Shown: positions 23,671-36,429 of the stretch, piece by piece
Numbering within the stretch: the stretch's first letter is position 1
Layout: each line of letters starts with the position of its first letter
NCBI GenBank assembly: GCA_030264375.1
Contig: JASCQW010000061.1
Coordinates: 73,632,713-73,696,712 of the forward strand
DNA from: Carcharhinus longimanus
Lineage: Eukaryota
Length of the DNA stretch: 64,000 nt
Direction: 5' to 3'
Notes under the pieces: generated by a model
The model's database searches: none
Told to the model about the DNA's origin: nothing
The model's input: only the letters and a program-made list of their open reading frames with translations
Program-made: the position numbers and the translations under genes

Positions 23671-23952
23671 ATCCTTTTGGAATTTCCAAACCTTAGTGGA
23701 TATTATTTTTGATCTTCAAATGATAGCATTACAGGTATGAACAGAATGCAGGGCTTCTTCCACTAACCTGCTATAACTTCCAAAATATTAATCTTAAAAT
23801 AATACATTTAACCTTGCACTGTAAACCCTGAAACTCAATTGTCCCCTTTCCTGCTTAATACTACCTATCCTATGTATCCTTTTGGAATTTCCAAACCTTA
23901 GTGGATATTATTTTTGATCTTCAAATGATAGCATTACAGGTATGAACAGAAT
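23671..23952 (+). repeat. 77-bp perfect direct repeat (23671-23747 and 23876-23952) running into an N gap
   Basis: ATCCTTTTGG...GAACAGAAT occurs twice, 205 bp apart. Confidence 0.9.
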
Positions 23953-24475
23953 NNNNNNNNNNNNNNNNNNNNNNNNNNNNNNNNNNNNNNNNNNNNNNNN
24001 NNNNNNNNNNNNNNNNNNNNNNNNNNNNNNNNNNNNNNNNNNNNNNNNNNNNNNNNNNNNNNNNNNNNNNNNNNNNNNNNNNNNNNNNNNNNNNNNNNNN
24101 NNNNNNNNNNNNNNNNNNNNNNNNNNNNNNNNNNNNNNNNNNNNNNNNNNNNNNNNNNNNNNNNNNNNNNNNNNNNNNNNNNNNNNNNNNNNNNNNNNNN
24201 NNNNNNNNNNNNNNNNNNNNNNNNNNNNNNNNNNNNNNNNNNNNNNNNNNNNNNNNNNNNNNNNNNNNNNNNNNNNNNNNNNNNNNNNNNNNNNNNNNNN
24301 NNNNNNNNNNNNNNNNNNNNNNNNNNNNNNNNNNNNNNNNNNNNNNNNNNNNNNNNNNNNNNNNNNNNNNNNNNNNNNNNNNNNNNNNNNNNNNNNNNNN
24401 NNNNNNNNNNNNNNNNNNNNNNNNNNNNNNNNNNNNNNNNNNNNNNNNNNNNNNNNNNNNNNNNNNNNNNNNNNN

Positions 24476-24643
24476 NTACTCCCATATCCCTCTGCTTATC
24501 AACAATCTTAAGGATTCTGACATTTACTGTATATTTCCTATTAGTATTAGACCTTCCAAAGTGCATTATCTCATATTTGTCTGGATTAAACTTCATCTGC
24601 CATTTCTCCGCCCAAGTCTCCAACCGATCTATATCCTGCTGTA
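24476..24643 (-). mobile_element. CR1 RT fragment
   Basis: ETWAEKWQMKFNPDKYEIMHFGRSN..QRDMGV. Confidence 0.88.
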
Positions 24644-24887
24644 TAGCATTAAGGACTTTTAACTCATAAACAAATCAGTGAATTAAAGCTTCGGAACCAG
24701 TGACGTAAGTACACTTATCAAAACTTTCCTCATCACGTTTTGCCACATAATCAATCCCATTACTTTCAATATTTATCCAACAGACAAAACATTCAGTTGC
24801 TGAAAACACACTTAACTGTCCTTCTATCTGTATTGACGTACTTTCTGGTTGTGGTTATATATTTTGGCCTTGTATGTGCATAGTGTT

Positions 24888-25761
24888 GGGGGAAACTGAT
24901 GTAGTAATAGAGGCTTTTCTTTGATTAACACATATGCTGATTAAAAAAAACATGTGTGTGTATGTGTATCAAATTCATGCTGACATGGNNNNNNNNNNNN
25001 NNNNNNNNNNNNNNNNNNNNNNNNNNNNNNNNNNNNNNNNNNNNNNNNNNNNNNNNNNNNNNNNNNNNNNNNNNNNNNNNNNNNNNNNNNNNNNNNNNNN
25101 NNNNNNNNNNNNNNNNNNNNNNNNNNNNNNNNNNNNNNNNNNNNNNNNNNNNNNNNNNNNNNNNNNNNNNNNNNNNNNNNNNNNNNNNNNNNNNNNNNNN
25201 NNNNNNNNNNNNNNNNNNNNNNNNNNNNNNNNNNNNNNNNNNNNNNNNNNNNNNNNNNNNNNNNNNNNNNNNNNNNNNNNNNNNNNNNNNNNNNNNNNNN
25301 NNNNNNNNNNNNNNNNNNNNNNNNNNNNNNNNNNNNNNNNNNNNNNNNNNNNNCTGCATCGGGGGGGGGAATCAGCGATAGTGGGGCAGTGATCGGGAGG
25401 CAGAGGGGAGGAGATGATGTCCAGGGCGGTGATTGGTGGGGAAGGGGCAATGTCTGAGGCATAATCAGGGGGTGGGGGGGGTGTGATGTCTAGGAAGAGT
25501 GGAGTTAGTGACGGATCTCCCAGAGCACTGTATACACTCTATACTTGGAGATTGTGGTTCCTTGCCATTCCTGGAGCTCAGAAGCCGACTTCCCTGTGAG
25601 AATAGGCTCCATCCCTCCCCCTACTGGCGAGAATCACTTTGTGACTCTTGTTTTTCTAATTGCTGTATGAGCAACTGGGATCTCACCCAAAAACTTGGCA
25701 CAATTCATTCTCGTTTTCATCCACATTTGGCACTTAGAAGTTTTTTGGTAAGATTTCCCCC
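24888..25761. mobile_element. Non-autonomous Harbinger-type element, same family as 1-443, gap inside
   Basis: GGGGGAAAC / GATTTCCCCC ends; G-rich interior; 3' part resembles 250-443. Confidence 0.5.
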
Positions 25762-26084
25762 ATAGTCTTTGGGGTCAAGATGGTTTGGTGAATTTAGTAT
25801 TCGACTCCTACGTAAGAGATTTTACACAGTAGGCACCATTTCAGGTGTGGAGTGAGAAGTCGATTATGTAAGATAACGGCAAGTGCCAATGTTCTCTCAG
25901 TGAATTAAACTAAGCAAAATCAATAAGTAAACTTTAATTCAAAACATATCTCAATCGTAAAACAAACTGTAAGCAATTATCCTTCAAAGTATAGTGCACT
26001 ATTAAAAGAGTTTTTCAAAGAATGGGCTTCAGATGTAATATTGTAAATAATAATACCTTCAGGGTGTTTTAAGTTAATACCACA

Positions 26085-26240
26085 AACAACAATAGCTTTC
26101 ATTTATGTAGCACTTTTAATGTAGTGAAATGTCCCAAGGTGCTTCACAGAAGTATTATTAAATATAATGTTGTACCAAGCTACAAAAGGAGACATGAGAA
26201 CAGCTGACCAAAAGTTAGATAAAGAAGCAGGTTTTAATAA
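26085..26240 (-). mobile_element. L2-type LINE 3' end
   Basis: AACAACAA..CATTTATGTAGCACTTTTAATGTAGTGAAATGTCCCAAGGTGCTTCACAG. Confidence 0.65.
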
Positions 26241-26493
26241 AATATCATCAAACTCCTGGTTAGATGCCGCAGGATGTTTAGTTTAAATGCTCCATATTAT
26301 TTTCATTTTCTGCTCTGTTCTTTATCCTTTTAGTACCATAAAATATTCTTAACCAGAAAGACCCACCATGGCCATCACCAGATGAGGTCTTACAATCTTG
26401 ACTTGGCACTCCACTTGGCACTTGACAATGACAAAGAACCCATTATGTGAGTAATTGCATCTGCATCCTACCAGCCTAGAACAGTGAGTTCAG

Positions 26494-26865
26494 ATCATAG
26501 GATAGTCTAAATCCCTACAGTACAGAAGAGGCCATTCAGCCCATCAAGTTTGCACCAACTCTCTGACAGAACATCTTATCCAGGCCCGTTTAACCCCCAC
26601 CCTATCCCTGTAACCCCACACATTTGTCAGGCCCAATCCATCTAACCTATACAGCTTGGAGTATGAAAGGGCAATTTAGCATGTCCAATCCATCTAACCT
26701 GCACGTCTTTGGATATGACAGGAAACCGGAGAACCAGAAGAAATCCATGCAGGCACAGAAAGTATGTGCAAACTCCACACAGACAGACACCCAAGGCTGG
26801 AATCAAACCCAGATCTCTGGTGCTGTGCTGTAGCAGTGCTAACCACTGTGACCCCGTATCACCCA
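26494..26865 (-). mobile_element. HE1 V-SINE
   Basis: CR1-type tail, V domain and head on the reverse strand. Confidence 0.9.
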
Positions 26866-26904
26866 TTTTTGGTTTGTTAATGTGGCAAACGCGCCTCAAA
26901 ATTT

Positions 26905-27430
26905 CAGGCCCTGAAATTCTACTGCAATTCTGGGACACAGAGGGGAGAATTGTACCTTCAGGAACCCAATGTCAGAATAAAATGGAGGTCAGGCAGCAAG
27001 ACCTCCTGTTTGGTCACCTCTGGACTTACTAACCAATTGTGGACAGCAGGCAGGATGTAGATTCTGCTGGCTCAGTTGTAAAGCTAGTAACTCTGAAACC
27101 TTGTCAATCCCACCGAGAGACATGGGCATGACATTGAGTCAGTTTGGAGATGGAGAGGACGCCTCTTTTTGCTGGCACCCTGGGACTAGCAAATCAAAAA
27201 TTAATAACCAGAGTAGAGCAAGTGAAATATCCCATCGGGTTGGCCCACTGCAGTCCCATTCTCCTTCTCCAGAGTCACCTGGGAACCCACTTCTCAGAAG
27301 CTGGTCGCCTCCCCATATGTTGGGAACTCATCCGCTACCAGTAAAGTGCTGGGGATTCTGGAAAATTAGATTTTAATTATTAAAATAGACTGCCCACTAA
27401 AAGGACGCGGGCAGCTAGAAAATTTCCCAG
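26905..27430. mobile_element. Probable non-autonomous Harbinger-type element
   Basis: GGCCCTGAAATT start, GAAAATTTCCCAGC end, interior resembles 16442-17112. Confidence 0.35.
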
Positions 27431-28335
27431 CAGTGGAACTTCATTATGGCATGATCCCCATTATTCCCTGGCTCCATTATTTTCCAGGCTGCTGTAACAT
27501 GGGATTTAAGCACACAGATGCCATGAAGGATAAAAAACAAGTTCCTTTATTCCACTGGCATCAAAGCTGTATAAACTGTCAGTGGAAAGTATGACATCAA
27601 GAACCAAACTACATCCAGAGATTATTGGCTCCCAATACTCCAGATCTCTGCATTATTTGGGGTCTCATTTCCTAAACACAATGATTCGCCAGGTTTGATC
27701 TGCTGCTCCAGCTCCTGGCAGCAAATCTTGCTCTCTATCTCTTTCTATGAGGCATCTCAGACTCATGGGTGCTGCCTGACTAGGTCTCCTGTACCCATTC
27801 TCAACTCTAGCCACCCTCTTCTGCTTCAAGCTGCACTATTCATGGCCTTGGTTCCTGCCACACTTTCACGCAAAATTCCTGGGCTTATCCTTACTGCTTT
27901 CTCTTCTGCCTCATTGTATCTGGCTCTTCCCCCTCAGCTTTTCAAAGATTGTCCTCCCTGCAAGGGAGGGCCCTCAACAGTTGACCAGTTCCCCTGCTCG
28001 GTGCAACCTTATCATCTTTACTTGCTGCTGGAAGTCTCGCTGCTCTGGGATGAGGAAAATCCTGGTATAAGGAGTGGTAGGAGTTCTGCAGAAGGCACTT
28101 GATACCAAACGAATTGTTAACTTTAAATCTGAAATGAATCATAGCTAGTAAGGAGATATAGGACAAAACCTAATAAATGGAGTTCATGTGAAAATCAATC
28201 TTGATATAACTGATTGGCTGAACAGGCTCAAGAGGCTAAAAGGCTTACATCTGTTCTCGGTGTTTCTATACTAATACAGCTCACACTGTTTGGTGATAAA
28301 ATGGCTAGAATTTTGTCACAGTGGTTGAAGTTCCT

Positions 28336-29655
28336 TCATGATGTGGAGATGCTGTCATTGGACTGGCGTAAGCACCACAAGAAGTCTCACAACACCAGAA
28401 TAAAGCCCAACAGCTTTATTTGGTAGCACAAGCCATAAGCTTTCAAGCACTNNNNNNNNNNATCAGGTGAGTGAGAGTTGTGTTCAAAATAGGGCATATA
28501 TCGACACAAACTCAATTTACAGGATAATGGTTGGAATGCGAGTCTTTACAACCAATCAAGTCTTAAAGGTACAGACAATGTGAGCAGAGAGAGGGTTAAA
28601 CACAGGATAAAGAGATGTGTATTGTCTCCAGCCAGGACAGTTACTGAGATTTTGCAGGCCTAGGCAAGTCGTGGGGTTTACAGATAGTGTGACATGAACC
28701 CAAGATCCCAGTTGAGGCCATCCTCAGGTGTGCAGAACTTGGCTATCAGTTTCTGCTCAGCAATTCTGCATTGTCATGTGTCATGAAGGCCGCCTTGGAG
28801 GCTTAATGCCCGTGACCGCTGAAGTCACTGTGTGGAGTTTGCACGTTCTCCTCGTGTCTGCTGGGTTTCCTCCAGGTGCTCCAGTTTCTTCCCAAAGTTG
28901 TGTGGGTTAGGTTGATTGGCCATGTTCAAATTGTCCCTTCGTGTCCTGAGATGTGTAGGTTAGAGGGATTAGCAGGTAAGTGTGTAAGGATATGGGGGTA
29001 GGGCCTGGGTGGGATTGTGGTCNNNNNNNNNNNNNNNNNNNNNNNNNNNNNNNNNNNNNNNNNNNNNNNNNNNNNNNNNNNNNNNNNNNNNNNNNNNNNN
29101 NNNNNNNNNNNNNNNNNNNNNNTGGGTGGGATTGTGGTCAGTGCAGACTTGATGGGCCAGATGGCCTCTTTCTGCACTGTAGGGTTTCTATGATTCTATA
29201 ATTCTATGAAGTGTTCCCCAACAGGAAGAGAACATTTCTGCCTGGTGATTGTCAAGCAGTGTTTATTCATCTGTTGTTGTAGTGCCTGCATGGCCTCCCC
29301 AATGTACATTGTACATCCTTTACTGCAGCGTATCAGGTAGACAACAATGGCCAAGTTGCAAGAGTATGTACCATGTACCTGGTGGATGGTATTCTCATGT
29401 GAGATGATGGCATCAGTGTTGATGATCCAGCACATCTTGCAGAGGTTGCTATGGCAGGGCTGTGTGATGTCGTGGTCACTGTTCTCCTGAAGGCTTGGTA
29501 GTTTGCTGCAGACAATGATCTGTTTGAGGTTGTGCGGTTGTTTGAAGCCAAGAAGTGGGAGTGTGGGGATGGCCTTGGCGAGATTTTCATCTTCATCAAT
29601 GACATGTTGAAGGCTCCGGAGAAGATGCCATAGACTTTCCGCTCTGGGGAAATAC
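28336..29655 (-). mobile_element. Penelope-like element, 5'-truncated, GIY-YIG endonuclease region, split by HE1
   Basis: ORF 29196-29657: FKQPHNLKQIIV..CHSNLCKMC..VVYLIRCSKGCTMYIGE..LPVGEHF; resumes at 28825 with EQKLIAKF.T.EDGLN.DLGFMSHY; same pLTR/tail ending CATCATGA. Confidence 0.92.
28826..29206 (+). mobile_element. 5'-truncated HE1 V-SINE inserted in Penelope
   Basis: V domain and tail; TGAAGT repeated at 28820-28825 and 29207-29212. Confidence 0.9.
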
Positions 29656-29664
29656 AATTACCCT

Positions 29665-30018
29665 TTCAGGCAATACATTCCAGACCATTACAACTTGCTA
29701 CTTGTTTTCCCTCATAGCAGTGTTTAAATTTGTGATGTTTGGCCTATTGACCCTTCCATCACTAGAAAATATTCCTTCTTATTTACTCAATCAAAACCCT
29801 TCATAATTTGGGAAACCTCGATCAAATGTTCTCTTAAACATTTGTACTCTCTTGTGCAGTTCCTGGAGTCTTTCGGCATAAGTGGCATCTTTAAATCTTG
29901 CTTATATTCAACCACATCTCCTCTACACCTTCTCTTAAGGCCTTAACATTGCCCTTAAACTGTGGTACCCTGAATTGGCCGCAATACTCCAACTGGGGTC
30001 TAAACAGCATTTTATAAG
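29665..30018 (-). mobile_element. Old CR1 RT C-terminal fragment
   Basis: Reverse reads YKMLFRPQLEYCGQFRVPQFKGNVKAL. Confidence 0.7.
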
Positions 30019-30755
30019 TGGGCAACATCTTCATAATTTGGACAAACCTTATCTCAGTTATTTACAAACATATGATGCTGTGACATAAATCATGTTGAAA
30101 TACATCATTACAAGACCCGCATTATGATGAATGACGAATTTCTCTTCTGGCTTTTATCACTCCCCAAGGAAAATAAGTTTTGCCAACCACTTTTTCATGA
30201 AGATTCGATCCCTTTAATTATCATGATCTTTTCTCGGCTGCTTTGTATCCTCTGTCAGGTCATTGTGTGCACCCTTATTTTAGAGTTCCTCGTTTGCTCT
30301 GGCAGATAATTCTTACCGAGAATTACAGGTAGCTATCACCATGGATTCACAGTTCCTGTGTGAAATTCCATTCACTGCATTATTTTAATTTAAGTAACAA
30401 AACCAGGCTTTACAATATGGAGCAAGGTTGACATGTGAATTATGAGTCCATCGTGACATAATTTACCCATAAATCTCAGCAGGAAAACACTATGGCAACC
30501 GAGAAGGCCAAAGCAAGTGAAGCCATGAAGCTTTGATCAAAGAACTATGAAAAGCTGAAAACAACCTGAATAGTTAAGTGGAGAGTCATTCACCCTAATG
30601 ACAAAGTATCTATCTTTAAAATTAAAATACAATATTTAAAATGGTATTACATTCTCCATGACTTTTCCTTTTTCCCAATTCATTTCCATTTCCAGATGAG
30701 GTAGCCTTTGCTGTTCTCAAGTAAAACAATTCTGTACTCATTAAAGTATTTTTCT

Positions 30756-31041
30756 AAAGTTTATTTATTTGTGTCACAAGTAGGCTTACATTAACACTGC
30801 AATGAAGTTACTGTAAAAATCCCCTAATTGCCACGCTCCAGTGCCAGTTCGAGTACAGGGAGGATTTAGCATGGCCAATGCACCCGAACAGCATGTCTTC
30901 TGAATATGGGAGGAAACCGAAGCACCCAGAGGAAACCCACATGGACATGGGGAGAACATACAGGCTCCACACAGTGAATCAAATGCAGGTCCCTGATGCT
31001 GTGAGGCAGCAGTGTCAACCACTGTACCACCACACCACCCC
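30756..31041 (-). mobile_element. V-SINE with alternative (non-CR1) tail
   Basis: HE1-like head and V domain; tail TTTTACAGTAACTTCATTGCAGTGTTAATGTAAGCCTACTTGTGACACAAATAAATAAAC. Confidence 0.88.
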
Positions 31042-33329
31042 AGAATACTTTTAGCTTTTATAATATTGATCCATCTTCGTGTGTGTGTCTCATTCTCTCT
31101 CCTACCTGGTATGTTGATAGGAAGTAAATTGAGAACCGGAGATCTAACAGCATTTGCAAGATTTTTCAAAATTAATTTCTTCATGCAACATAGATGTCAT
31201 TCACAATGTTAATGTTTGTAGCCCATCTCTAATTTCCCTTGAGAAGATGAGAGAAGGAGAAGGCCAAAAAGAAAGGAAGTTCCAGAACAGCTTAGCCATT
31301 TTATCCAGTTAGTGAATAATTCAGGAATGTCTCAGTCCTCTTGGGGTGATAATGTTGGTGATTTTTTTACCTCAGCATGCTGAGGTTAGGGTTAGCAGTT
31401 GGAAGATCATCCAGAATTCTTACTCCTTGATGGTAATGAATGAGGATGGAGTTCCGTTTGACTGTAAGACTTCTTGTAGTTGACTAGTCATACCCATGCT
31501 CACTGTAAAAGTTCAGACATTATTATTGGCCAGTTGGGTAAGTTAGCAGAGAATGTTCATGCTTATAAAACCATAACCTCAGTGAGGCCCATCCTCTTCA
31601 AGAGAGAAAGGAATGGGGATTGATGTATACAAAGAAAAAGAAAGAAGACCAGGAGACTGGAGGCAGAAGAAGCCTGATGATGCAATGGCAATGCTGTACA
31701 TTTTCCTTTCCAAACCAGCCATTAAAACAGTTAGTCCAATCCCACTATGCATTTCGCAATCATCTCAAATTCACCTGCAATATGAGTTGTGGCATTTACA
31801 ACCAGAGGCTCATACTGCATAGGCCAAAGGTCATGCATGATAGAAGTGAATGAAAGGAATGATTTTCCCATCGGATTTAGCTTCCCTTTAAAGGTGAAGC
31901 TCAGCACTGAGTCAATCCAAGTAAACCGGCTAAATTCAGATTGACTCGATTCCTGTTCCCCAGTGTGGATTCTTTTGTTGGAATTCCTTAAGTTATATCA
32001 TGTTCCTATGCTGAAACAAAGGTGGATCGATAAACAATAAAATTAGATGCTTATGTTTGAACCGAGAATAAAATATCTCAAAAATGGCATATTATTAGCG
32101 GTTGACAAAGAAGCTGAATGAAGCACGTTGAGAAAGTGTTCTCTTGGATAAGGCTGATGAGCAGTTCCCAGGATATGTGTCACTGCATTCTGACACATGA
32201 AGAATGTAAGAGAAATCCTTGGAGTTGGTGCCATGCCCTAGGCACAAGTAGAAGGCCAGTGTTGAAGCTGCTTTGTGTAATGCAGCATATGGTGATAATA
32301 AAGAGAGCAAGGATTCGTGTCTGTTTGCTCCCTATTGAACAGAATTCTCAGTCTATTGTTCAGGTGTTTTAATACATTTCTCTCTAATAAAAGTACTGGA
32401 ATGATCACGTGAGAATCAAATTCTGTTTGGTATGGTATTTGAATTAAAATAACAGAGTTATGTGGTAGATTGGAATTAATGGAATTCATTGGTTTTAAAA
32501 GAATAAATATATAAAATCGCAACCAAAAACTCTGAATTTACTGTTACATATACATTTCATTCCAGTAAATTTTGAAGTTATGACTACTGCTTGTTGGCAG
32601 GTCAGTTGACAGCTTCGGTTGCATGATCACTTAATGAACATATATCATGTACATTATCATTTCTTCATGGCCTCAAACAATCCTTTTCTAGACTGTTTAG
32701 ATTAGCCGTGTGTTTAAAATAACATGCAAAACTGAAACTTTCTGGTTAATTCAGGGGAAAAAGTCTTATTAATTAAGAAATTTTCTCTCACATCCAACAT
32801 TTACACAAATCATATTTTGCGTGCAGGGTTTGATTGAGGGAGCATTTGTTGTCCCGTGTTTATGGATGTAATTCAATGCATGTTTTAAATCTGGTAAGCT
32901 AATTAGTAGTCACAGTTAATGGAAAGCTGAAGTTTTCTCTTTTCCTACCTTTGAGCTTTTACTTCTCGTCTAGTTTTCCAAATAACCCAAATGTGCACCA
33001 TGTCTATTTTGGTTCTTTTGACAGGTTGTTTACCTTAGCTTTTCTTAATGAACACATCGCTATCTCCAGTCATCCTCAAAGGTAACTGTAGAAATGTGTT
33101 TAATTATTTCTGGACCTGTTGTTTACTTCCTTTCTCTAATGAATGTCACCTCTGAACTATAAATGAAAACATTTTTTTTCCTCTTACATCTGACAAAGAC
33201 TTTAAAATAAAGCAGTTCCACCATTTTTTTTTCAGAACTATTCATTTTCTTTCAGCAGCCACATCACCCACCCCCCCCCCCAGCCCCACTCCCCCAGCTC
33301 CCCCCTCCCTGTCCCCTGTTGTGGCTGAC

Positions 33330-33750
33330 TTTTAATTTCTCTCTTTTTAATGTCAAATTTTAAGAAAGGCAATTAGTTTGTTCCTGTGCTCGTGAGCAAA
33401 CCTGAGCATTAAATAATCCGTGAAATATGAACTAGGCCTTATGTTTGATATGCACATCAAAGGCCGAAAAGGCCAAAGAAAGCCCTTGGTTAATTATTGA
33501 AGAGGTGTCTGTAAAGGAAACATGAGTGAGTAGCGTGCATGCTTTTATCCCCCAGTAACCTTTCATTGTCCTTTTCTTTAGACAGCTAAGTCAGTGCGTA
33601 TAATAAAGGCAGTGCATAGCGTCAAAGAAGGCAAAGGCCTAATGAATGATTCTGATTAAAGGGCTTGACGGGGTATGATCTTTGCACAAATTTCCATGGG
33701 GTGTCAGCAAGGGGATGCTGATTGAGCGAACCATTAGCACAGCCATATTT
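33330..33750. promoter_or_regulatory. Candidate conserved non-coding element / enhancer
   Basis: No recognisable TE; ACATCAAAGG (TCF/LEF) 33454-33463, CATTGTC (SOX) 33564-33570, TAAT/ATTA clusters, several retained CpGs; conservation not tested. Confidence 0.4.
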
Positions 33751-34679
33751 TTAGTACCAGGAGGAGTGTCCTACACCCAACCCCCCACCCCAACTCAGTA
33801 CCATGAAGAATGAATGCTTCAGGCTGATGACTTCCAATAAGGCTGGGTCTTGAAAACTACTATAAAAGGCCATAAGGGTCAAAAGTAATTCATAACTGTT
33901 TAAAAATGGCGTGGACCTCCAGCAGCTGCTGCTATTGTCATGCTTGCAGCGCTGTTTTCTGTATGCAAATTTGTCATAGGAAGTGCACTGGTTTTGCTGT
34001 ATCACACATGGAGCATCAATCAGACTGCAGAATACATCAGGGTATTTTCATTATGCCTAGTTATTTACTGCATCAGAACAAATTACCACAGCAAGCCTAG
34101 CAGTGTTCTGTGGGCAGTACGATAGGACCAACCAGGTTTCATCTCAGAAATCTTATTGTAAACAGTACAGGATAAATCTCACAATCGCGGTCATCAATCT
34201 TTTCTGCTCATGACTGTGTGCAACTGTAAGAATTTGTGACTCGGTGGTATGGTTTGGAAATTAACTGAGAATGCCATGAATCCTGATAAAGCAACCCTGT
34301 GGCTTTTTGATTTAGTTTATTCAGGGCATGAGTTGGATTTTTAAAACTGACACCAAATTTCTTTGCAGTTCTTTCAGTTAATGAATCAGATGATTTGTAT
34401 ACTTGTAAAAAGACCGTTTAATTAAGTAATTAATAGCACATGTCAAAATACTGAGAGGAAGGACTCCCCCCCCCACATAATAACTGCTATGTGCATTTTA
34501 ATAAAAACCCAAAAGAAGCAGTGATGTATGCAGATATTATATGCATAAGTATTTACTACTTGTCCTAGCAGCAGTGTACTTATTGATATAATGGAAGATC
34601 CTTCGTAACTGGTAATTCATCTCTTTTCCTCAAAACATAAAGAGGCAGCTCTTAGTAAATTGTTTACTTTTGTTGATAT

Positions 34680-35058
34680 TCATGGAATCTCTACAATGCA
34701 GGAGGAAGCCATTCAGCCCATCAAGTCTGCACTAACCTTCCAACAGAGCATCTGACCTAGACTAACCGCCCCTCCCCCACCCTGTCCCTGTAAACCAATG
34801 CATTTACCCCAATCCCCCTAACCTACACATCTTGTGACACTAAGGGGCAATTTAGCATGACCAATCCATCAAATCTGCACATCTTTGGACAGTGGGGGAA
34901 AACCAAACACATGGAGAAAACCCACACAGATGCGGGGAGAACCCACACAGACATGGGGAGAAGGTGCAGACTGCACACAGACAGTCACCCAAGGTTGGAA
35001 TTGAACCCGGATTCCTGTCACCATGAGACAGTGGTGCAAACAACCAGGCCATGTGCTA
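34680..35058 (-). mobile_element. HE1 V-SINE
   Basis: Tail, V domain with a small internal duplication of GAAAACCCACACAGA, head. Confidence 0.88.
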
Positions 35059-36059
35059 TGCAGGTATTCACTTAAACGAGTAATTTGTTCTACCTTTTCA
35101 TGGCTTTTCATTAATAGCTGCTAATATTGGGTTTTCAATGATTTCTATTGTTAACTGTATGTTTATAAAAAAAGCATATTTCTTATATTTGCCACTGAGA
35201 GAACTGAACTTCCCATGCCTCCACTAGGTGTGACCATTTGACACTTGGTAGTTTGGGAAGATTGAGGCTCTTTCCAAACTACTAGGCCTCCCATTCCTGC
35301 TGACACCTCCATTCTGCTGGCCACCAAGGCACAATAGGTTCACAATATCACAAACATTGTATTTTAGACAGGCCAACCTCAGTTCAGCATTTAGGGAATC
35401 AAAGACAAACCACCCTAATTTTTTAAAATTTAAATTAAACAAGGGAAACAAAAAAATGACTCACTGTCAGTGACTTAATATAGCAAAAGGCCGTTTCCTC
35501 AAATTGAAATACATTATTCAAAAATAAATGATATATTTCAATGTACATTTGAATAAATACAAGTTGTGTCTAAAAGTCTATAATTTGACCTGTTATTTAA
35601 AAGAGAACAGTATACATTGCCTACGCCTGTCAAAGTGACTGCATTAAAACAATTATTTTCATGTCAGAGAATGAGGAACTTCTGTATTTTTAATAGAGAT
35701 GAGGTCAATACTGTCAGTGGCCATTTCAATGACTGCCATACTAGGCTGCAAAAGGCTGTCTATTACATGAGAGTTACATGTCATTGTTTCACCATTGTGC
35801 ACCACCACAGAAATATTACAAAATTTAAAGCGGGTATGAAGATATATTCTGCGTATACGGGTAGCAATTTAAATTTTTGGCTCTTGGAAAAGGTAAAAGC
35901 AATTATGGATTGCCTTTTTAGTAGATATATTAATGTTTGCTTTGCTGTAAATACTCATCTAGTTGCTTACTGTGTTATTCTTTTTATTGAATCCGCAGTC
36001 AGGTTTGGTCACCTCCCATTAATCTCTCTTTCAATTGTGACACATTAGAGTGTAACTTT

Positions 36060-36268
36060 GGAGGTGAAATTCGACTCTGAGTGTAACTGAAAATGGACGT
36101 TGACAAATCAATTGTCCTTTTTACAACCCTCACCCCCTTCAACCTCTCCCCCACACCACTCACTCACCACCACACCCCCCCCACCCCTTACCCACCAATT
36201 CCTTTTAAATTGTGTAAGGTGTAAAGGAATCTGCCGATACTCTATTGCTGAAGTCGAATCTCACTCCC
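36060..36268. mobile_element. Harbinger-type MITE
   Basis: TIRs GGAGGTGAAATTCGACT / AGTCGAATCTCACTCCC. Confidence 0.7.
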
Positions 36269-36429
36269 TTCAAATCTTGGATGAATGATAACTTCAGTGG
36301 TGTCATGAATTGAGGCTGTGGGATTACAGCCGTTTTCTTCCCCCTTTTCAGCAGCTTCTCGTTGTTTGTCTCTGAGGAAAAGAAGACAAAAAAAGGTTAC
36401 AATACTTGGTATCTAAAGGAGTGACAACA

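Noticed and set aside
23921-25462. Long ORFs of 140-230 aa
   Set aside because: They consist mostly of X residues from N gaps.
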